This document shows positions 13,370-24,600 of a stretch of DNA of 64,000 nucleotides, piece by piece. The notes beneath the pieces were generated by a model. It worked only from the letters and a program-made list of their open reading frames with translations. It ran no database searches and was not told where the DNA came from. The translations under genes and the position numbers were made by a program. Location of the stretch: positions 20,646,001 to 20,710,000 of the forward strand of contig OZ038379.1 of assembly GCA_964036045.1 (NCBI GenBank), given 5' to 3'. Each line of letters begins with the position of its first letter. Within the stretch, counting starts at the first letter, position 1. The stretch is from Eutreptiella sp. 'Long Island Sound 2002' (Eukaryota; Protista; Euglenida).

Positions 13370-14306
13370 AAGATTGCTACATAGAGCACGAGTCATGCAG
13401 AGGCCCCGGGGCCCGCCTTTAACATTTCCCCAGGGCAGACCGGAGACCGGTCAACAATTAAGGAAACGGCACGAAGCTACTGGCGTGGCTGTACATTTCT
13501 AGGCATGTACAGAGCATCAATGGGTGACTTGCATATTGATGATTTTCTTCCTGCTATGTGTGTCACCTTTTGGGGCCGGGATGCCTAACTCGGGAGAGCG
13601 CCTTGGCTTCAATTTGGTTTACAAAAAATGCCCCCCACATAATTGTAAGAGGGGGGGGGGGGGTCTGGGTGATCAAAAGTCGGGTGGGTGGGTCCAAAGT
13701 TGGGTGGGTGGGTCTTGTCCAAAATAATCCCCCCCTCTTATAAACGAAGCCTGATGTGCACATGTGCTTCCGCAGAGGTGGGTGGATTTCAGGATAGTCA
13801 CGGGAAAGTTGAATTACTATTTGGCGTTGTGTGTGCGCTCTGCACAAACACCCCCCCTTGAAAATACACCAAATTCTACAGATGGGCCAGTAAAAATGCA
13901 CGCGTGGTGCATGTGTGTTTCTCTAAACACTAGTGATGACCTACAACGTGGGTCTAGAATCCCCTGTGATACATAACTCAAAAACAAACAATCAGCGCAT
14001 TGTAGCAATCATTTTGAGCTATCTATGTTGGGGTACCTCAAGACAGCCCCCCCCCCCCGCCCCCCCCAACCTCGGGTCCGTGGTAAAACTGAGTAAAAAA
14101 ATTTTTTTTAAAAAAAAATTTTTTTTACTCAGTAAGTGGGGTTTCTACTCAGTTGCGAAACTGAGTAGAAAAAAAAATTTTTTTTTTTACTCAGTAAAAA
14201 ACTGAGTAGAAAAAAAAATATATTTTTTTACTCAGTAAAAAACTGAGTAGAAAAAAAAAATATTTTTTTTTACTCAGTAAAAAAATTAGTAGAAAAAAGC
14301 CCTTTT

Positions 14307-15010
14307 TTCTGATTTTGCCCCCCGCTCTGAAGCGGTGGGGATCCCCGATACGGCAGGGGTGAGGTAGCCATTTCGCCCACTTGTGGGCCACTTCTGATTT
14401 TGCCCCCCGCTCTGAAGCGGTGGGGATCCCCGATACGGCAGGGGTGAGGTAGCCACTTTGCCCACTTGTGGGCCACTTCTGATTCTGCCCCCCGCTCTGA
14501 AGCGGTGGGGATCCCCGATACGGCAGGGGTGAGGTAGCCATTTCGCCCACTTGTGGGCCACTTCTGATTTTGCCCCCCGCTCTGAAGCGGTGGGGATCCC
14601 CGATACGGCAGGGGTGAGGTAGCCACTTTGCCCACTTGTGGGCCACTTCTGATTTTGCCCCCCGCTCTGAAGCGGTGGGGATCCCCGATACGGCAGGGGT
14701 GAGGTAGCCATTTCGCCCACTTGTGGGCCACTTCTGATTTTGCCCCCCGCTCTGAAGCGGTGGGGATCCCCGATACGGCAGGGGTGAGGTAGCCACTTTG
14801 CCCACTTGTGGGCCACTTCTGATTTTGCCCCCCGCTCTGAAGCGGTGGGGATCCCCGATACGGCAGGGGTGAGGTAGCCATTTCGCCCACTTGTGGGCCA
14901 CTTCTGATTTTGCCCCCCGCTCTGAAGCGGTGGGGATCCCCGATACGGCAGGGGTGAGGTAGCCATTTCGCCCACTTGTGGGCCACTTCTGATTTTGCTC
15001 CCCGCTCTGA
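14307..15010. repeat. 85-bp tandem satellite, 8 full units plus a partial unit
   Basis: Units start at 14307, 14392, 14477, 14562, 14647, 14732, 14817, 14902 and 14987 (TTCTGATTTTGCCCCCCGCTCTGAAGCGG...GTGGGCCAC). Two variants alternate in the order ABABABAA. Confidence 0.97.
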
Positions 15011-15116
15011 TCGTACCCACCGTGCTTAGCTGGTTTTCGAACATTTTTTTTTCCCGTTAAGGACACCCCTACTAAAGAACATCCAACCACAACCGCGGAG
15101 GAAGTGGGCAACGTTT

Positions 15117-15878
15117 TTGGATGCTTTCGGTTCCCTTGCATTTGCAATTGCACCCCTGTATTCCACCTTCATCAGGCAGGATGATTTTGTCAGTTGCCAT
15201 CCGGCATGTCTGTTGATGTTGCATTGTGCCTTGTCTAGACATGTTGTCAAAGGCGACTTGCAAGTGCCACAGGATAGATTGTGGTTATTGCGTGAGATGG
15301 CACAAGCTACTTTGTACTACAGTGGTTCCAAGTTGGCCCCCACACCCCGGACCCGGTCAATGCATTGGGAGGTGTCTCGGTTGTACCCCACGCCCAAATC
15401 TGCAGACCCCCCTGACACATGCTTTTTTTGCGATGGCACACCCGCCATAGCGTGTCAGGAATGTAAGGTTCTTCATTGTACCTTCCATACCACTGTCTTG
15501 TGTCAGTCCGAGATTTGTGTAGGATTGCGCCAATTCCGGGCGGCCCCCGTTGCTGCTGCTGCTGCTGCTGTTGTTGCTTTTGCTGCAGTTACTGCTGCCA
15601 ATGCCACGCATGCCACTCCTGGCAATGCCAATGCCACTGATGACACCCGTCCCGGTGTGTGGATCTGTCGGAAGTGGTATGCGTTGCCTCCTCAATACCC
15701 CCAAAATGCTGATGGTCAATTGGAAAATGACCAAGCATTTTGCAGACAGCTGCATCTGGAAAAGAAAGAAGATCTCTTTGAGAGATGCAAGCTGAATCCT
15801 ACCCCGAGAGGCAAGCCTCACAAGAGAGATACTAAGGCCGACTTGATCTTCAAGCGTGTCTTTTGTAACTACTTGTAA
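15117..15878 (+). CDS. Unknown 253-aa ORF or exon with a Cys/His cluster (B-box-like) and a SAP/HeH-like C-terminal motif, inside the Mutator-like element
   Basis: CFFCDGTPAIACQECKVLHCTFHTTVLC; poly-Ala linker; KKEDLFERCKLNPTPRGKPHKRDTKADLIFKR. Possible acceptor CCACAG|GAT near 15272 and donor GTAAGT near 15875. Confidence 0.4.
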   Translation: MDAFGSLAFAIAPLYSTFIRQDDFVSCHPACLLMLHCALSRHVVKGDLQVPQDRLWLLREMAQATLYYSGSKLAPTPRTRSMHWEVSRLYPTPKSADPPDTCFFCDGTPAIACQECKVLHCTFHTTVLCQSEICVGLRQFRAAPVAAAAAAVVAFAAVTAANATHATPGNANATDDTRPGVWICRKWYALPPQYPQNADGQLENDQAFCRQLHLEKKEDLFERCKLNPTPRGKPHKRDTKADLIFKRVFCNYL

Positions 15879-18327
15879 GTAGTTGGCCCCACCCTCCCTC
15901 CCTCCTCTGTGCATGCATGCATACGATACTCAACCCTCTTTGGTGAAGTGGTTGTGTGATCCCTCCCTCCTCTGTGCATGCATGCAGACGGTACTCAACC
16001 CTCCTTGGTGAAGCGGTTGTGTGATATATATATATATATATATATGATGGTTTGGCCCGGGTGGGGCGCCACTAACACAAGTGGCCGGGAATCGACTCGG
16101 GGGCCTTGTGCCCTTAAACAAAAGTACCACCTACCATCAAAGTGTGCAGTTTTTTGTGCATTTTTTTTCAAAAAAAATTGTCTTTTTACTGAGTAAAAAA
16201 AAATTTTTTTTAAAATTTTTTTTACTCAGTTTTACCTCAAATCTACTCAGTTTTACCACATTTTACTCAGTTTTACCTCGTCTGGTACTCAGTTTTACCA
16301 AATACCCCCCAACCTCCCCTGCCGACCCATTGGGGGTCCCTGTCATGGGAGCCCTGAAGGGAGGGGGCAAGGGATCTAGAAAAGCTCCCCGCGCAATCAA
16401 AGTGCAAAGATCCTGCTTACCATATGGTACAAATATGTCACATGTGGTGCATTCAATGCACTACCTCGCCATTTGCTTGCCATTGGCTTGCCATTAGTTC
16501 ACTATTAGCTCTCCACCAGTGGCTCGCCATTAGCTCGCCATTAGCTCACTGCCATGAGACACAAATCTATTGACAGTATCTCCCAAGAATTTGCACATGT
16601 CCCACAGCTCATCCCACAAGTCTTGATGTGCCAATGGCTCTGTGGACCCCACCGGTTGATGCCATTCAATTTCAACACTTCCCTCACAACCCTGCCTGCA
16701 CCACATTTGTCCATCACTACACCTTCTTTGTTCATGGGCAGTAGCACCCCCTGCAACTCTGCCCACCCTATCGTGTGTTTTTCACATGCTGACAATGGCA
16801 GACGCTCGCGGCGGGGCCCTCATCTCCAAACCATACCCCAAACCCTGCAGGTGACAACCTTGAAATCTCGTTTTTGGGGCTATCAGCAAATGCCACATCC
16901 CAGCCCGCATCCATTTCTCTCCAATGACTTGTTGCTGAGACCATGTCTCCCCACTTTTGGGACACACTACCCCCCCCCCCCCACCCACCTCGATTGTCAT
17001 AACACGGGCCAGTTCTGCCTGCACCCGCCGTGCCCCCTGAGCAACTGCAAAGCGGATAAGAGCTACATTCCACGGACGGCACAGTGAGGAGATCAATCTA
17101 TGTGCGACGTTGTCCAATCAACATCCCAGCAGGCTGGGACAGAGACACAATGGTGGGTGGGTGGGCTGAGGCCCCCCACTCACAGGGGGCGTTTTGCGCT
17201 GTGCACAAGGTATGTACAGGACCACGCCCAACCTGCATAGTGGTGCCTAGTACCCGCAACAATGAGCCTTGTTATCCATTTATATGAGTTGCATGCATGC
17301 TTTGCCCTCATTTCTAGTGCATTGGTATGTGTTGTTGTGCATCCTTTCCTATAGGTTCATGGTATCTTTTTCCAGATTCGCCCACACATACCCAGTGGCA
17401 CTACTGTAAGTGCAGACAGTTCTAATTCATCCTCCTCATCAGCCGGCAGCACAGAAATCACTAGTTGAGCCTCGCCTCAACTGTTGTTTGCACTTCCATA
17501 CTTAGGCAGTTTTTCTGTCTTCTTTTCAGAACATGTGCCATGGACGGGCATGAAATGCAACCAGCCTCAGAATCACATCAGCCTCACGCTTCCGCCGAGC
17601 AGAGACTCGCGGAGCAAGCTAGAGAAACTCTACAACTACGAGAGCAGCTCGCCCGGGCGTCTGTGAAGGAACGTCCGACACTCCCTCCCCAATCCGTGCC
17701 AGAGCTAAACAAGGAAACATCAGGCTGTCCAACGTTGTGGGGGTGTAGTATGGTTTGTATAGGCAAGAATATTGCCAATTGTAGCAAAAACCCCCAATTT
17801 CTTCCTGTCATGTGCGCGCTGTGCCCGCGCTGTGCACACACGCCCCCACACAAATAAACAAAAGGGTTGGAGGTGGTATGGAGGGGAGCAGCAGGACAGG
17901 GGTAGGGGAGGGGTTGTGCTGGGCCCCGGTGGCAGAACTTTCGTTACCTCCGCTTCACTCCACTAACTGTAGGTTCTGGTTCAGGGGGCAAAAGTGCAGA
18001 AACATGGGGTTGCTGTGTTTGGTCCATGTGACCGCGCAGCAAGTACCACAGAACACATGTTGCAGACATGAGCCAACCCTACCCTTCAGAACTACAAAAG
18101 GGTATTCAACAAGCCAGCATACACACCAGAACACAAGACCAGGTTAGGCTGCATGCATAAAATATCTCAGACATGGGGGCTGGGGGGGGTATGACTCCGT
18201 TGGTCATGTCTGTTTGGAAGAGTGGTTGCCTGTGGGCATTGTGCATACAGTGGTGGCCAATCCCCTCTCCCATCACTTTGATCATGGGTTGACTTGTGTG
18301 GTTTCCAGATCCCTGAATGCACACCTG

Positions 18328-18401
18328 TGATTTCTCTTTTTTTTTTGTGCTTTGATTGGTGACGGTATACTTCTGCCGCTGGGGTCTGTTTGCACTCCTA
18401 G
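18328..18401 (+). promoter_or_regulatory. Polypyrimidine tract plus AG just upstream of the NLR-like start codon (candidate trans-splice or cis acceptor)
   Basis: TTTCTCTTTTTTTTTTGTGCTTTG... and CTCCTAG (AG at 18400-18401), 9 nt before ATG 18411. Euglenid mRNAs are SL-trans-spliced with short 5' UTRs. Confidence 0.4.
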
Positions 18402-18410
18402 TACTCCGTG

Positions 18411-18624
18411 ATGGGAGGTAACTGTTGCAAGGGGGTGAAGGAGTTTCTCACTGATGATGTCCCTATCCCTGAGCACGACAAGCCAAGCGATCAACCACAA
18501 CCTACTCCTACCCTGACGCCAGCACCACCTCCAACGCCAAATCCAACGCCCATTCCTGGGGGGTCTCCTGCACTCAACGCCGTGATTGGTATTGAAGACG
18601 ATGGTAAAGAAGATGAAGAAGAAG
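18411..18624 (+). CDS. NLR-like exon 1 (MGGNCCK..., Pro/Thr-rich, acidic)
   Basis: ATG GGA GGT AAC TGT TGC AAG; ends GAA G|GTCAGT (phase 1). Confidence 0.6.
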
Positions 18625-21600
18625 GTCAGTGTACATGCTTTCAGAGGTAGGGCATCGGCAAACAGGACCCCAGGGGCCAGGGCCGCGGGCGTGTATTTGC
18701 TTGAGAGAGTGCAATCACTGGCGGCACTTGTGGTCTGCTTTGTGGAGGGGAGAAACGCGCGAGCGGGGGGGGGGGGGGGGGCAGGGATCGTTCAAGGCCC
18801 CCGAAATCGGGGGGCAGTGCCAAGGGGGGTGGGGACTCTTGTGCCAGAGCCTCTCCTGGCGAAGCAGCCCCGAGGAACTGCTCTGTCAAACGTTTTTCTC
18901 CGCCAAAATATCTACTTCAAAATGGTATAGCACGTCCTGGGGATGAGTTTGAAAGGGCGTTGCGTGTGGGTGCCTACCTGAATACTGGCGCTTGGTAGCG
19001 GTGCCTCTCTCCCCTGAGCCTTCTGTGACCCAGCCTTCCTCCTTGGCTGGTTTTGAGGCTCTGTCACGAACTCCTTTTGCCTGTGAGTCTCATGGACCTT
19101 AGTCTTTCCATATCGCCCATGCCACCCCAAAACATGATCCAAGGCCCCTCGCGGTTTGTTGCATGTGTAGTGGACCCTGGTCCGACTCGGAGGGCCAGCT
19201 CCCTTTCATCTCCACGGCCGCCAGTGCCACACCCAGACCCAGCGCCGTCGCCATATCTAAGTCCGTCGCCACACCCCGGCCCATCGCCATCACCACACCC
19301 CAGCTCATCGCCATCACCACACCTCGGCCCATCGCCATCACCACACCCCAGCTCATTGCCAGCACCACACCCCAGCCCATCACCATCACCATACCCAGAC
19401 CCGTCGCCTGATTCAAGCCCATCGCTGTGCCCAGCCCAATTGCCCCATCCAGCCTCACAGTCAGGTATCTTTTGTCGGTCCGTCGCAAAAGACTATGTAT
19501 GTATATGTATATGTACCAATCATGTTGCAGTCCATGCCCGTTCACCAGCTGCCAACTGCCATCGGTGCACAACCAGTACTCACGGAAAGCCAGCAGCTGC
19601 CACCAACAGTTTGTCGGGGGCAACCGATCACGGGCCATCTGCGCAATCGGCCGTCCTGGTGCAACAGCACAAAGCCTGTGGCCAGGGGTTGTTGGCGGTT
19701 CCGCAGGCCCCTGTTCCCCGATGGCACTTTGCTGGGAAGCCGCCGCAGATGGCTGTGACCGTGCGGCTGTCGGCAACCTTCGTCGCTTAGCCGCCCATTA
19801 ATGGTGGACCGCCTTTTTTCTGAGTGACGGGCCCATGGCCGTCGATTCACAGCTGCGTGCACATCTAGTTCCTAAGGGCCCGACCTTGTTTACCCCCAAA
19901 AGCGACCCTGCGGTAATCCTGTCACGCTTCTGCACTGTGCTCTCTTGCACCGCTGTGGCGTGGCAGTCGGGTTTAGCAAGTCTCTAGCCGCGTTTCATTC
20001 ATGTTTGCATCAACGGACGCCCGGACACCGCAGCAACAAGCACCGCTGATTCGGAAGTATTGTTGTGTGCATGGACTGCTCGCCCAGGCCAGTGTTGCTT
20101 GCACCTGAGGCATTTATTCTCTTTGCTGATGACTCAGGCCATCCAGGCATTCCTGACTCTGAGCGGCACGATCCCATGATAGACCTTGTCCATCATTCGG
20201 ACGGTGAAGACTCTGAAGATGACGACGACCCTACACTGGGGCTCACCAAGTTTGAGCCACCCTTGCCTGAGGTTTGCTCTGTTTGTTTTTCGGTTGTTTA
20301 GCACAGATCCCATCCCCTGATAGTGTGACATTGTGCTGTGGGAATGCGCCAGGACCATTAGCCCCCCCCCCCCCCCCTTTGTCCACTCCCCCCGGTGGCA
20401 AATGCAATGAGGCACAGAATGAAGCGAGGATCACTAAAACAGGCTGGCCGTTCCAGAGAGTTTTCGTATATTGGAACTGTTTCGTTGCTTTGCAACGCCT
20501 CGTTTACTCAGGAACCAATCCCACAGGCACTGCAACCCGCCGTCCTCTTCCGGTGGCACAATGCAAAAGTCATCCAGGCTGTGCCGTGGTCGAAAGATAT
20601 GGTTGGCGATCTTGAGGTGAATGGACAAGTGGTGGGGCGAGTACAAGGGGGACGCGAGACCTTTGTGGGCCCCATGGAATGGCGAAAGGTTTCCGAGTTC
20701 CATTTCCAAATGTGCGACGATAACGGGCCATGTGTCGCAGGGTGTTGCAAGTGGAAGGGTGATACGTATGCCTGCCAGTTGGCCCCTGCAGAAGCAAAGG
20801 TCGTTCACACCGTCGGGAACAGGCTACGGATGCTGCCCCCACACGATGGAGGTGTTTTTTGTGGTACTATCTCTAAGGCCAGCGCCGACAGCTCCATCCT
20901 TTGGTGCGTTCAAGACAACGACAAATCCCCAACTCAACTGCACCAGGGCGTCCGCCCCTTGAGTACCATTTGGCCTTGCCTTGTGGCGCTTCAATTTGCG
21001 GAGAAGGACGCGGGCGGCAAGCCCAGGAATGAGGATGGTACCCCGCAAACGGTGAGTTTCGAGCTCTCTTCCCCGCCTGAAGGGTATGAAAAGGGCACAC
21101 GACTACTGTTGGTGAATCCCAGTTCACTTGTGGATGCCACAGTGGAGTCTTGGAACCGCCTGCAACGCCCCACACAGCACAGCTTGCAGCTGGCTTCAGG
21201 TGTCTCATTGGTGCGAGACCTGAATGTCTTCAACCACTGCAGGCAGCGCTTTGATTGTGCAGCCGAGTACTGTCTGGAGATCCGGAGCTATTGTCGATAT
21301 CTGTGCAGTAGATGGGCACACCTGATAGACGCAATCACTGGGGCTGAGCTCAACGTGGAGACGCAGGTGCTGAACGTGAACATGTGCATGGCTGAGGGTG
21401 TGGATCGGTTTGGATGGCACAATGCTGCCCATAGCCTGGACCTTGCGGGGCTGATAAGCAGAACGCATGCGAGCCAACCGGTCGCCATTGTTGGTGGTCC
21501 TGGGTCTGGCAAGACAGTGGCCTCAACGCAACTGATATCTTGGCTTGCCATGCAGCATGACGGGGTGCCCCTCATGCCATTGCTGGTGTCTGTGCACCGG

Positions 21601-24600
21601 TTGGTTCGGATTGTGGCTGGAAAGGCGCCCACTGATGCATCAGCACTGCTGGTGAAGTATCTCCACGATTTTCTCTCTCGTGAACACCCAAAACTCAAAG
21701 AGTGGTCGATGGTGCTGGAACAGGCACTTGAAATGCGTGCGGCCGTTATTGTACTTGACGGCATTGAGAATGCTGGAGGGAGGGAGGCCTGGCTCAGGCA
21801 GTTTGTTATCAAGGAATTGCTGCAGGGCGGGCACCGTATCGTGGTAACAACCAGACCAGAGGGTGTCGGGCTTGTGCGGTACAACGATCTGTTTGTGATG
21901 CTGGAGTTGCAGCCACTCACACCTGATCAGCAACGCGATGCTGTGAGACACCAATCGACATCAGTGCCCCGGGATGTTCAGGAGGTTGCCCAGCGGTTGC
22001 TCGCCTTCAGCGCTATTCGGAACGAGCAGGACCGGATTTGGGAAGAGGCCTTCACATCGTCAGAGGTGCGGGAGCAACTGGAGTGTTTGAAAGTGCCTAG
22101 TAGCAGCTTAGACATGCGGCAGAAGTGCCTCGATGGCACGCGCGAAGTGGCCCGCCGTGACGATGGGCCCCACTCCAATTACTTGAAGGCCGTCAATGCC
22201 GAGCTGTCCCCTGCCCTCAAGGCCCCCATCACCGAAATGAAGGCCCAACTGGAAAAGAGCGGTTCGGGCCTCAGCAGGACCACACACACCGTGGCAAGGG
22301 CGCTGCCGCAGCTTTACGAGAAGTTGGGGGGTGCAGCCACCTGGACTGGCCCTTCTCTTTGGGAAGAGGTCATGGCATGCACCGATGAGATCTACGCCGT
22401 GGCAGAGGCACTGCTGCCGCATTGCCAGGCCGCGGTGACGGATTTCCTCCAGAGATCAGGCGTTGCCACGGACCCGGAGGTGCTGAAGTTCGGTCTGAAG
22501 GATCCCGTGCGCCTCTACGAACAGGCGCACGATGAATATTCATGGGTCTCTGAAGGGCGGCCAGAGGCCTGTGTCCGTGACGTGATCCGCACGAGGGTTG
22601 TGTGTCCGGACGGGGACGTCATGGCCAACCTGCTTCGGAACATTGCTGGTCTGCCGCAGGCGTCACAGGGATCACAGCCTTGCCTTCAGCTCCTGCGCAT
22701 GAACAATAAGTGCGACCCAAAGACACTGGAGGCCACGCACTTGCGCAGTGTTGTGGTCACACTGCTGCTGGTCTGCGGGCAGTCCTCCATCTTCGTGGAG
22801 ATGCAGATCCTCCTTGCCGCAGGATTGAAGCACAGCGAGGATACCCATGCCGAGGACCACCGCGACTACCTCCGTCAAAGCCTTTGTGCGGACCGCCAAC
22901 TGGACGCCTCCATGTTGAGGTCCATGTCCATGTCCCTCCCTACAACACCACTGGCCCCGGGTCAAAGAAGCCAACAGGAGCTTGACGGACTGCTGGGGTG
23001 GATCCTGCACTTCGTCCAAGAAGCCCGTGTCCCGGTGCAGCTCTCGATGCTGCTGCTGATCCTCCAGCATTTTGATGACTTGAAAGACATGCCTCTGAGT
23101 CAGCGAGCCCACGAGCTGTGGAAGCAGGCGTTCATTTTTGTGCTGCAGGACGGCGTGAAGGTGTCGGTAAAAGAGCTTCGGGAGACCGTAGCCACCCTTT
23201 TGGAGCACAATCCAATGAAGGAAGTTTTGGATTTGATGCGTATGTTGTGGCTTTGCGCTTTCCTGTCTCCGGCCCAGATCTGTCGAGATTGCAGACGACC
23301 CCATGTATTCATTGGATTGGCTGACATCCGTTAGCAGAAAGCCCCCACGCCCGACCACAATTTTTGTTTTGAGAAAAATGAAAGTTGCTGCGGAAGAATC
23401 ATATTGCCAGACGTTGTAGGTCAACGTGTCTGGCACCATTTATCTGAGGTGGGGCTGGTTGCTGCCATGGATGTAATATTCTTCCAAACGTCAGATAGTG
23501 CCATAACCTGATTTCCTCAACACGGTGGGGGCCCATACCAGACCTCATGCGCCTACACATGCGTGTACCTTTACCAACTTTTGCACTGAGCGCACACCGC
23601 GCGCATCGGCCACGAGCCGCTCTGGCACGGCTGTCCGGCTGCTCCGCTAACGCTTGGTGCATGCCATTCTCGTTCCAGGCGATTCCATTGCTGGGGGGTC
23701 CCAATGCTCTGTCTTTTGCCTGTGGCCATGTGTTTGTGCCCCTTCATTGTATCTTTGCATTTTGGTATTTGACACATCCGTAGTCTACCAGACAATCACC
23801 AGACTGGCTGGAAAAATACAAGTTTTGCATTTGTCACATGTGCTTGTAGTTCGTCACACCGTTGTGACTTGATCATTTGTAATGGCCAGAATATGAAAAA
23901 AAAAATTTATGAGTTTTTGATTGGTTGAAAACGGAGCATAAATGAAAATATCTCCCTTTGGCCGGGCGCATGCCCATCCTGATCTCTCACTATTATTCCT
24001 TCAGACAACAAGATCGGTGTTGACGGCGCGTGTTCGCTTCGTCGGGTTCTTGAAGTCGACGGTACGCTGACAACGCTGAATCTCGCAGGTGTGTCTGCAG
24101 AGCCATAGGGTGCATGGGCAGGAGGCTGGTGCGTGCGGGGGATGTTTGGCCTTCTGTGGTATGCACGCTGCGCTCCCATCCCCACCTCACCATTGCAGAC
24201 AACGGAATCGAAAATGATGGCGCATGTGCAATTGGGAGAGCGCTTGAAGCAAATGAGCTGCTGACAACGCTGAGCCTTGGATGTATGTCCTGTGGAGAGG
24301 ATGGGTGGTCAGTGCATGTCGGAGGGATATTTTACAACGTGGGGTGCAGGTTTGGTGCATGTTGAGGGCAGCAATTGGGGTGGGGATTTTGTGTGTGGGC
24401 ACCACTGAATACACTAGTGGGGGCAGGGGCCTCTTGGTGTGAGGTTGCAGAAATTTGGCGTGGCACCGTGTTGTGGGAGGATTTCCATTTTTTGTCCCGT
24501 GCTTTCATTTCTTAATTCCTTTATTTTTTGTCGGGGCAGTATCGGGCAGGCGCAAGCAGGGCTGTGGAGGTCAGGACCTGGGGCATGGCACATGGTTGCA

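Larger units (their letters stand above)
14074..16307. mobile_element. Mutator/foldback-like non-autonomous DNA transposon with TIRs, subterminal repeats and a 9-bp TSD
   Basis: TSD CCCAACCTC at 14065-14073 and 16308-16316. Left end GGGTCCGTGGTAAAACTGAGTA versus reverse-complemented right end GGGTATTTGGTAAAACTGAGTA (19/22). Arrays of ACTGAGTA/TACTCAGT with A/T tracts at 14080-14290 and 16185-16300. Confidence 0.8.

Noticed and set aside
14191-15153. Long repetitive ORFs (320, 238 and 252 aa) and a CRISPR-like appearance of the 85-bp array
   Set aside because: These ORFs are translations of a stop-poor satellite. The units are contiguous with no unique spacers and there are no cas genes.
17530-17750. 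Exon-like segment (MDGHEMQP...RLAEQARETLQLREQL) upstream of the NLR-like gene
   Set aside because: It has a good acceptor but no clear phase-compatible donor. It could be an extra 5' exon or part of another unit, so it was left out of the gene model.
23240-23334. Stop at 23334 as the true end of the 979-aa ORF
   Set aside because: A GTATGT donor at 23240 lies at the exact LRR exon phase and position, and downstream LRR exons continue the frame.
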